From assembly GCA_030148005.1 (NCBI GenBank), contig JASBUI010000011.1, forward strand, positions 1,557 to 65,556: 64,000 nt of DNA. The letters are read 5' to 3'. The translations under genes were made by a program, and so were the position numbers. This document shows, piece after piece, positions 28,282 through 37,483 of this stretch (the stretch's first letter is position 1; each line of letters starts with the position of its first letter). The DNA comes from Paracoccaceae bacterium (GTDB lineage: Bacteria; Pseudomonadota; Alphaproteobacteria; Rhodobacterales; Rhodobacteraceae). The notes below the pieces were generated by a model. It was not told the origin of the DNA, made no database searches, and saw only the letters and a program-made list of their open reading frames with translations.

Positions 28282-28295
28282 AGATCTGGGCGCGA

Positions 28296-28338
28296 TCCCT
28301 TAGCAGGGGAGCGCCTTCGACCACTCGGCTACGTCTCC
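28296..28338 (-). pseudogene. 5' half of a tRNA-Ser(GCU) gene, truncated after the anticodon loop
   Basis: The minus strand reads GGAGACG-TA-GCCGAGTGGTCGAAGGCG-C-TCCCC-TGCTAAG-GGGA. This gives an acceptor 5' arm, a class-II D-arm, and an anticodon stem-loop with GCT. No variable arm, T-arm (GGTTCGAATCC) or 3' acceptor follows. The MBL gene stop is 15 nt further on. Confidence 0.7.
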
Positions 28339-28410
28339 GAGGCCGCTTTTATGACCTATAACTATATGATGTAACTAGTTTTTTTGCTCTTGATCGAGTT
28401 GATTCAAAAC

Positions 28411-28882
28411 TTTGGTGCTTTGGTGTCTGCGCAGTGATTTGGGCACCAATACCCCCTTGTTTTGGTGCTTTTGGTTTTCACAGAAAATGGCTGAGGATGA
28501 ACCAGATCAGAACAGTTTGAACGAACGCAGTGCCAGTCGGGGCCACGACGATCTTAAACCAAGATCCGCGCGCCCTGATCGACTTGATGGCGTTGATCAC
28601 GTAAGAAACCACAAAAATGATGACGAGAACTAAAAGCATGGTCGCGATATAAGTCCATATTCGCCCATTTCCCACCTTGGCCTTTTCCCGCGGTGCTTCT
28701 GACCCTTGGGCCCGACTTCAAGTTCGGCGGCGAGGCCGCCAACATCAGCGCTATGGTGGCGATGAATTTCTCTCCATTGCAGAGTCGCGCCGCAAGTAGT
28801 CCCTTTTGGTGCGATTTTTCTGGCTGCGCGAGCCACGCTCGGTGCATTCTAGGCACCAAAACACGCCACAAAAGTACCAAAA
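28411..28882. repeat. Cluster of about 9 copies of a TTTTGGTGC-like 9-mer (iteron-like), in both orientations
   Basis: Plus-strand copies are at 28411-18 and 28419-26 (tandem), 28460-68 and 28469-77 (tandem), and 28804-12. Inverted copies are at 28443-49 and a near-tandem triplet at 28853-61, 28865-73 and 28874-82. Confidence 0.8.
28478..28675 (-). CDS. Small (65 aa) two-TM membrane protein, hypothetical
   Basis: The two hydrophobic helices are IWTYIATMLLVLVIIFVVSYVI and FVQTVLIWFILSHFL. AAGGTGGG lies 2 nt upstream of the ATG. The ORF sits inside the lower-GC repeat patch. Confidence 0.45.
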   Translation of the reverse strand: MGNGRIWTYIATMLLVLVIIFVVSYVINAIKSIRARGSWFKIVVAPTGTAFVQTVLIWFILSHFL

Positions 28883-28887
28883 TTCCG

Positions 28888-30546
28888 TTAGCTGGGGTCG
28901 CGCCAGCGGTTCACGATCGGGTAGCGGCGATCCAGCCAAAAGGCCTTGCCGGTCAGGCGCGGGCCGGGCGCGCTTTGAAAGCGTTTGTATTCAGACAGGT
29001 AGATCAGATGTTCGATGCGCTTGACCGTGTCGTGATCATGCCCCATCGCCACAACCTCGGCGACCGAGCGGTCGCGGTCGATCAGCTGTTCAAGGATCGC
29101 ATCCAGAACCTCATAGGGCGGAAGGCTGTCTTCGTCCTTCTGGTCCTCGCGCAACTCTGCCGAGGGCGGTTTGTCGATGATCGATGCGGGGATGACGGTG
29201 CCCTTGGGGCCTTTCATCCAGTCGCGATGGTTGTCATTGCGCCAGCGGGCCGTTTCAAAAACCCGCATCTTGTAGAGGTCCTTGATCGGGTTATAGCCGC
29301 CAGCCATATCGCCATAGATCGTCGCATAGCCGACCGCGACTTCGGATTTGTTGCCGGTCGTCAAAAGCATCTCGCCGAACTTGTTGGACAGGGCCATCAG
29401 CAGCAGGCCGCGCAGGCGCGACTGGATGTTCTCTTCGGTCAGGTCAGCTTTGGTTCCGGCAAAAAGCGGCGAAAGCGCTTCGGTTACGGCGGCGCGCGGC
29501 CCGGTGATCGCGATATTGTCCAACTGGCAACCCAGCGCCTTTGCCGCCGCGCGCGCGTCGTCCAGAGATGCTTGGGAGGTGTATTCAGACGGCATCATAA
29601 CGCAGCGCACGTTTTCGGGCCCCAGCGCATCGACGGCAATGGCTGCGACTATCGCGCTGTCGATCCCGCCCGATAGGCCCAGAAGAACCTTGGAAAAACC
29701 GGTTTTTGCCATGTAGTCATGCAAGGCCAGAACCATCGCGCGATAGTCCTGTTCCCATTCGCCGGGAAAGATCGCCTTGTCGCCTTCCTTGGCGCGCCAG
29801 CCTTCGTCGGTTTCGGTAAAGTCGACATGGGCAATCTCCTGCTCGAAGATCTGCATCTGCATTGCCAGGCGGCCGCCAGAGTTGATCACAAACGATCCGC
29901 CATCAAAGACCTGATCATCCTGTCCCCCCACCATGTTGAGATAGACAAGCGGCAGGCCGGTTTCGACGCAGCGGGCAACCATCTTTGACATGCGGACATC
30001 GAACTTGCCCCGGTAGTAGGGCGATCCGTTGGGAACCAGCAGGATCTGGGCACCCGTTTCAGCAAGCGTTTCGGGCACGTCCGGGTGCCAGGCGTCTTCG
30101 CAGATAGGCGTGCCGATCTGGATGGGCCCAATACGGTAGGGGCCAGAGATATTGCCCTGATCAAAGACGCGCTTTTCGTCGAACACCTTGGCGTTTGGCA
30201 GCTCATGCTTAAGCATTCGTGCCTCGATCCGCCCGCCCTTGAGGATCCAATAGGCGTTGTAAAGAAAACCTTCGTCTAGAAAGGGCCCGCCGATGCCAAG
30301 CGCCGGGCCCTCGGCGGTGCGATGGGCCAGCTTTTCGATATGCTCCATGCAGTCGCGAACAAAGGCCGCTTTAAGGCTTAGGTCCTGGGTCTGATAGCCC
30401 GACAGAAACATCTCGGGCAGGGCAACCATGTCGGCGCCGGCATCGCGGCCGGTCTTCCATGCGTTGAAAGCCTTGTCAGCGTTCCCGCCAAGGTCACCGA
30501 CCGTCGGGTTCAGCTGTGCGAGCGTCAGGCGAAACTGATTGGCCAT
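28888..30546 (-). CDS. nadE: NAD+ synthase (glutamine-hydrolysing)
   Basis: An N-terminal CN-hydrolase domain (start MANQFRLTLAQLNPTVGDLGGN) precedes a C-terminal NAD synthetase domain with LGLSGGIDSA (SGGxDS). The ORF-track start 30645 is probably an over-extension. Confidence 0.9.
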   Translation of the reverse strand: MANQFRLTLAQLNPTVGDLGGNADKAFNAWKTGRDAGADMVALPEMFLSGYQTQDLSLKAAFVRDCMEHIEKLAHRTAEGPALGIGGPFLDEGFLYNAYWILKGGRIEARMLKHELPNAKVFDEKRVFDQGNISGPYRIGPIQIGTPICEDAWHPDVPETLAETGAQILLVPNGSPYYRGKFDVRMSKMVARCVETGLPLVYLNMVGGQDDQVFDGGSFVINSGGRLAMQMQIFEQEIAHVDFTETDEGWRAKEGDKAIFPGEWEQDYRAMVLALHDYMAKTGFSKVLLGLSGGIDSAIVAAIAVDALGPENVRCVMMPSEYTSQASLDDARAAAKALGCQLDNIAITGPRAAVTEALSPLFAGTKADLTEENIQSRLRGLLLMALSNKFGEMLLTTGNKSEVAVGYATIYGDMAGGYNPIKDLYKMRVFETARWRNDNHRDWMKGPKGTVIPASIIDKPPSAELREDQKDEDSLPPYEVLDAILEQLIDRDRSVAEVVAMGHDHDTVKRIEHLIYLSEYKRFQSAPGPRLTGKAFWLDRRYPIVNRWRDPS

Positions 30547-30689
30547 ATCGGACCTCGGATGAACGTTTTCTGGTCTATACTCATACCATCTGGCAGTTGA
30601 AAGCCGATTGAGCCTAAAAGGCGTTGTAAGGCCCCAAGGCGTCAATTAGGCTTTGTCGCAATCTTGGCAACAGCGGATCTTGAAGAACC

Positions 30690-32177
30690 ATGGAAGGTAA
30701 ATTGGGGCTGATGGGGCGAGTTAACTCAGGAATGGGCGCGGCCCTTGTATCTGTTTGCATCGCATTTGCGGGGCCGGTCTGGGCGCAAAGTTCCGGCGAG
30801 GTTGTCACCAAGCAATACGAAGATGGCGGTATCTATGAGGGTACCTTCAAGGATGGCAAACAGAACGGCATGGGCACCTACCGGCTTCCTAACGGGTATG
30901 AATATACCGGGGAATGGGTGGATGGTGAGATCAAGGGTCAGGGCGTTGCCAAATTTGCCAACGGGTCCGTCTATGAGGGCGCATTTGCGGCCGGAAAGCC
31001 CAACGGTCAGGGCAAGATTACCTTTGTCGATGGCGGCACTTACGAAGGTGAGTGGGTCGATGGCAAAATCACTGGAAACGGCGTGGCGCAATACGCCAAT
31101 GGTGTAAGATACGAAGGCAGCTTCAAGAACGCCCTGCATGACGGGCAGGGTACAATGACAAGCCCCAACGGCTATATTTACAAGGGCACTTGGGTCAACG
31201 GCGTCAAGGAAGGTTCTGGCAAGATCACCTATCCCGATGGCGCGGTTTATGAAGGGTCGCTTTCAGCCGGGCTTCGCGAGGGTCAGGGCACGCTGACCAT
31301 GCCGGACGGGCTGATCTATACCGGCCAGTGGAAGGCAGGGCAGATCAACGGGACTGGCCGGCTGACGCAGCCCAACGGCGATGTCTACGAGGGAAGTCTG
31401 ATCAATGGCGCGCGGGCAGGGCAGGGCAAGGTCACCTATCTGAACGGGGACGTCTATCAGGGCAACTTTGCAAACGACAAACGCGATGGTCAGGGCACGT
31501 TTACCGGGGCTGATGGCTATGTCTATACCGGCAGCTGGGTTGACGGGCGTATCGAGGGGCAGGGGCGCGTCACCTACCCAGATGGGTCTGTTTATGAAGG
31601 CCAGTTCAAGGATGATCTGGCCGAAGGGACCGGCAAGATCACCTATCCCGATGGCAATACCTATGAAGGCGACTGGGTTGGCGGCGTGATCGAAGGCAAG
31701 GGCGTTGCCCGCTATGCCAACGGTCTGGTCTATGAGGGTGAGTTCAAGAACGCCAAGAACGACGGTCAGGGCAAGATGACCTATAGCGATGGCTATACCT
31801 ACGAAGGCGCTTGGAAAGATGGCCAGCGTGAGGGGATGGGAACCGCAACCTACGCCGATGGCACCGTTTATACCGGCAACTTCAAGGCAGGTCAGCGTGA
31901 CGGTCAGGGAACGATTCTGATGTCCGATGGCTTTAAGTATGAGGGCGAGTGGCTGGCCGGTGAAATAAACGGCAAGGGCACGGCGACCTATGCCAACGGC
32001 GATGTCTACGAAGGCAACTTCGTGCGCGGCAAGCGTCAGGGCAACGGAACGATCCGCTATGCCAATGGGCAAGAGGCCTCTGGCAAATGGGAAAACGGCG
32101 CGCTGACCGAAGAGGGCGCTGCCGATGGCAGCGCCGCTGGCGCGGCCGAAGAGGGCACGCAACCTGCGAACAACTAA
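30690..32177 (+). CDS. Secreted MORN-repeat protein (about 18-19 consecutive 23-aa repeats)
   Basis: The signal peptide is GAALVSVCIAFAGPVWA. It is followed by uninterrupted YEGxxxxGxxxGxGxxxxxxGxx units (YEGTFKDGKQNGMGTYRLPNGYE YTGEWVDGEIKGQG...). The start codon is uncertain (30690, 30711 or 30732). Confidence 0.85.
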   Translation: MEGKLGLMGRVNSGMGAALVSVCIAFAGPVWAQSSGEVVTKQYEDGGIYEGTFKDGKQNGMGTYRLPNGYEYTGEWVDGEIKGQGVAKFANGSVYEGAFAAGKPNGQGKITFVDGGTYEGEWVDGKITGNGVAQYANGVRYEGSFKNALHDGQGTMTSPNGYIYKGTWVNGVKEGSGKITYPDGAVYEGSLSAGLREGQGTLTMPDGLIYTGQWKAGQINGTGRLTQPNGDVYEGSLINGARAGQGKVTYLNGDVYQGNFANDKRDGQGTFTGADGYVYTGSWVDGRIEGQGRVTYPDGSVYEGQFKDDLAEGTGKITYPDGNTYEGDWVGGVIEGKGVARYANGLVYEGEFKNAKNDGQGKMTYSDGYTYEGAWKDGQREGMGTATYADGTVYTGNFKAGQRDGQGTILMSDGFKYEGEWLAGEINGKGTATYANGDVYEGNFVRGKRQGNGTIRYANGQEASGKWENGALTEEGAADGSAAGAAEEGTQPANN

Positions 32178-32292
32178 GGTCTTTCCGGCCTGCGACACGG
32201 CGGGCGCAGCCTGCGCGGAATTTCACAATTGAGCGGACGCTTGGGTAATAAACGGCTTTTCCTTTTGCGGCGCCGCGCCTATAGTGACTGGC

Positions 32293-32373
32293 ATGTTGAA
32301 CACCGGACATATCGCCTTGTCGAACCTGCGCTTTGCGGGTCTGTCCCTAGTTCTTCTCCTTAGCCGCCTCTGA
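32293..32373 (+). promoter_or_regulatory. Candidate Leu-rich leader peptide ORF upstream of leuA
   Basis: The 26-codon ORF MLNTGHIALSNLRFAGLSLVLLLSRL has 9 Leu. These include the run cta-gtt-ctt-ctc-ctt, built from Leu codons that look uncommon in the neighbouring genes. It ends 74 nt before the leuA ATG. Confidence 0.35.
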
Positions 32374-32447
32374 GCGTGCCATCCGGCGCGACCGCTCAGG
32401 GGGGACAAAGCGCCGTTGATGCTAAGGACAACAAAGAGATCAGAACC

Positions 32448-34052
32448 ATGACAGAAGAAAAGAACGCAAAAGCTGCGACGGCATATTCGTCTCAGGACAG
32501 GGTGTTGATATTCGACACGACCCTGCGCGACGGAGAACAGTCCCCCGGCGCCACGATGACCCATGAGGAAAAGCTTGAGATCTCTGGTTTGCTGGACGAG
32601 ATGGGCGTCGACATCATCGAGGCGGGGTTTCCCATCGCTTCGGAAGGGGATTTCAACGCGGTCTCTGCCATCGCCAAAAACTCGCGCAACAGCGTGATAT
32701 GCGGACTGGCGCGCGCCAATTTCAAGGATATCGACCGTTGCTGGGAAGCGGTCAAACACGCCAGCCAGCCGCGTATCCACACCTTTATCGGCACATCGCC
32801 GCTGCACCGGGCCATTCCGAACCTGAACAAGGATGAGATGGCCGAGCGTATTCACGAAACGGTCAGCCATGCGCGCAATCTTTGCGACAACGTACAGTGG
32901 TCACCCATGGATGCCACGCGCACCGAAGAGGATTACCTTTGCCGGGTGGTTGAGATTGCCATCAAGGCGGGTGCCACCACCATCAATATCCCCGACACCG
33001 TCGGGTATACCGCACCGCGCGAGAGCGCTGATCTGATCCGCATGCTGATAGCCAAAGTGCCCGGCGCGGATGAGGTGGTCTTTGCAACGCATTGCCACAA
33101 CGATCTGGGCATGGCGACAGCCAACGCTCTGGCGGCGGTTGAGGGCGGCGCGCGCCAGATCGAATGCACGATCAACGGTTTGGGTGAGCGGGCCGGCAAC
33201 ACCGCGCTGGAAGAGGTCGTAATGGCGCTGAAGGTGCGCCACGACATCATGCCTTGGTCCACAGGCGTTGATACCACCAAGATCATGAACATCAGCCGCC
33301 GCGTTGCTGCGGTTTCGGGTTTTGCGGTTCAGTTCAACAAGGCGATTGTCGGTAAGAACGCCTTTGCGCATGAAAGCGGCATCCATCAGGACGGAATGCT
33401 GAAGAACGCCGAAACGTTCGAGATCATGCGCCCTTCGGATGTCGGGCTGTCCGATACCAACCTTGTCATGGGCAAGCATTCGGGCCGGGCAGCTTTGCGC
33501 GCCAAGCTGAAGGACCTTGGGTTCGAATTGGGCGACAACCAGCTTAAGGATGTCTTTGTACGCTTCAAGGCGCTCGCCGACCGCAAGAAAGAGGTCTACG
33601 ACGACGATCTTGTGGCCCTGATGCGCGATCAGTCCGCCGATGAGCAAAGCGACCGCCTTCAGGTCAAGAAACTGCGCGTTGTCTGCGGAACCGAGGGTCC
33701 TCAGACCGCTGATCTGACGCTGGCCATTGATGGCGTTGACCATCAGGTTGAGGCCACAGGCGACGGGCCGGTCGATGCGACGTTCAATGCGGTCAAGGCC
33801 CTCTTCAAGCATGAGGCGCGGCTTCAGCTTTATCAGGTGCATGCCGTCACTGAAGGTACGGATGCGCAGGCAACCGTCAGCGTCAGGATGGAAGAGGACG
33901 GCAAGATCGCGACCGGTCAGTCGGCTGACACCGACACGGTTGTCGCCAGCGCAAAGGCATATGTAAACGCGCTGAACCGCCTGCTTGTGCGGCGCGATCA
34001 GCAAGACCCCGGTTTTGACGTCAAAGGGGTTAGTTACAAGGACGCCGGATAG
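32448..34052 (+). CDS. leuA: 2-isopropylmalate synthase
   Basis: VLIFDTTLRDGEQSPGATM, HCHNDLGMATAN and a C-terminal LeuA dimerisation/regulatory domain. The start is taken at MTEEKNAK. Confidence 0.95.
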   Translation: MTEEKNAKAATAYSSQDRVLIFDTTLRDGEQSPGATMTHEEKLEISGLLDEMGVDIIEAGFPIASEGDFNAVSAIAKNSRNSVICGLARANFKDIDRCWEAVKHASQPRIHTFIGTSPLHRAIPNLNKDEMAERIHETVSHARNLCDNVQWSPMDATRTEEDYLCRVVEIAIKAGATTINIPDTVGYTAPRESADLIRMLIAKVPGADEVVFATHCHNDLGMATANALAAVEGGARQIECTINGLGERAGNTALEEVVMALKVRHDIMPWSTGVDTTKIMNISRRVAAVSGFAVQFNKAIVGKNAFAHESGIHQDGMLKNAETFEIMRPSDVGLSDTNLVMGKHSGRAALRAKLKDLGFELGDNQLKDVFVRFKALADRKKEVYDDDLVALMRDQSADEQSDRLQVKKLRVVCGTEGPQTADLTLAIDGVDHQVEATGDGPVDATFNAVKALFKHEARLQLYQVHAVTEGTDAQATVSVRMEEDGKIATGQSADTDTVVASAKAYVNALNRLLVRRDQQDPGFDVKGVSYKDAG

Positions 34053-34095
34053 GCCAGAGCATATCTGGCGTTCCCGGCTGGGTAGGGGGCGGTTC

Positions 34096-36023
<1,928 letters not shown>

Positions 36024-36045
36024 TCGAACCTTTTCGGGGGACGTA

Positions 36046-36951
36046 GTGGCACGAGACAGGGGAAATTCTGACACGTTTGTGCGCCCGATCCGCCAGATAC
36101 TGGTGGCCGGGCTTGTCCTGTTTCTGGTGCTCATCTTTCTCGTCTGGCGCATCGACAGCCCACGGGTTGAGCGGTTTCGCACGGCCATGATCGACAGCGT
36201 TCTGCCGAACTTTGACTGGGTTCTTCTTCCTGTCACGGGCATGGCCAACATGGTCAGCGATTTTCAGTCTTACGCGCGTGTGTACCAGCAAAACCAAGAG
36301 CTTAGGCGCGAACTTCAACAGATGAAGTCGTGGAAGGAAGCGGCACTGCAGCTTGAGCAGAAGAACGCGAAACTGCTTGATCTGAACAATGTGCGGCTGG
36401 ACCCCAAGTTCACCTTTATCACCGGCGTGGTACTGGCCGATAGCGGATCGCCCTTTCGCCAGTCGGTGCTTTTGAACATCGGCGGGCAGGATGGCCTGCA
36501 GGATGGCTGGGCGGCGATGGACGGTATTGGCCTTGTGGGGCGGATATCGGGCGTGGGGCGCAAAACTTCACGTGTCATCCTTTTGACCGACAGCTCAAGC
36601 CGCATCCCCGTGACCGTTCAGCCCTCGGGGCAGACAGCTCTACTTGTCGGCGACAACTCTGCCTTGCCGCCGATTGAATTTCTTGAGGCGCCAGAGCGGA
36701 TCCGCCCCGGCGACCGGGTGGTTTCCTCTGGCGATGGCGGCGTCTTTCCTGCCGGTTTGCTGGTTGGTCAGGTTGCCGAGGGGCGCGACGGCATCTTACG
36801 CGTGCGCTTGACGGCCGACTATGAGCGGCTGGAGTTTCTTCGTATCCTGCGTACCCATCAGGCCGAGGCTGTGAACGATCCCGGTGGTCTGGTGCTGCCA
36901 GCAGAGCCGCCGCTGGCAGAAGAGGCGCCTGAGGTGGCTCAGGATGGATAA
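36046..36951 (+). CDS. mreC: Rod shape-determining protein MreC
   Basis: It has a GTG start, an N-terminal TM, a coiled-coil (ELRRELQQMKSWKEAALQLEQKNAKL), then a beta-barrel domain (VVSSGDGGVFPAGLLVGQV). It lies between mreB and mreD. Confidence 0.9.
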   Translation: MARDRGNSDTFVRPIRQILVAGLVLFLVLIFLVWRIDSPRVERFRTAMIDSVLPNFDWVLLPVTGMANMVSDFQSYARVYQQNQELRRELQQMKSWKEAALQLEQKNAKLLDLNNVRLDPKFTFITGVVLADSGSPFRQSVLLNIGGQDGLQDGWAAMDGIGLVGRISGVGRKTSRVILLTDSSSRIPVTVQPSGQTALLVGDNSALPPIEFLEAPERIRPGDRVVSSGDGGVFPAGLLVGQVAEGRDGILRVRLTADYERLEFLRILRTHQAEAVNDPGGLVLPAEPPLAEEAPEVAQDG

Positions 36952-37483
36952 CGCTTCGTCCATCCACATCTGGGTCTATCGCGGCATCTTCCTTGGCGTT
37001 GCCGCGTTCGTCATCCTGATACAGCTTTTGCCGCTGGACACGCTTCCGCCAAGCATACCGCCGCCGGATGTTCTTCCGGTGCTGACCTTTGCATGGGTGT
37101 TGCGCCGCCCCGAATATGTGCCCATCGCCTTGATTGCGCTGATCTTTCTGCTGGCGGATCTCTTTTTCATGCGTCCGCCGGGCCTTTGGGCGGCCCTGAT
37201 CGTCATGGGCTCAGAAGTGTTGCGCAGTCGCGGGCTTGCCTTTCGCGAGATGCCGTTCATCTTTGAATGGGCGCTGGTGGCGGCCGTCATCGCGGCGATC
37301 ACGCTGGCCAATCAGGTCGCCCTTGCGATCACTGTCAGTCAAGCGCCCGGGCTTGGTCCCAGCCTGATCCAGATGGTTCTGACAATCCTGCTTTATCCTG
37401 CTGCCGCAATCGCAACCCGCATTCTTTTCAAGGTCCGCAGGCCAACGCCCGGCGAGTTGAGCGCAAGGAGGGTACGGATGTGA
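36944..37483 (+). CDS. mreD: Rod shape-determining protein MreD
   Basis: A polytopic protein of about 180 aa that starts at MDNASSIHIW and overlaps the mreC stop by 8 nt. Confidence 0.8.
   Translation: MDNASSIHIWVYRGIFLGVAAFVILIQLLPLDTLPPSIPPPDVLPVLTFAWVLRRPEYVPIALIALIFLLADLFFMRPPGLWAALIVMGSEVLRSRGLAFREMPFIFEWALVAAVIAAITLANQVALAITVSQAPGLGPSLIQMVLTILLYPAAAIATRILFKVRRPTPGELSARRVRM

Noticed and set aside
28296-28338. Calling this an intact tRNA-Ser gene.
   Set aside because: Only the acceptor 5' arm, the D-arm and the anticodon stem-loop are present. No variable arm, T-arm or 3' acceptor strand can be found in the following 80 nt, so it is annotated as a fragment.
28411-28882. The repeat cluster as a CRISPR array.
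   Set aside because: The repeat unit is only 8-9 nt, copies are directly tandem or in mixed orientation, there are no regular 30-40 nt spacers, and there are no cas genes in the window.
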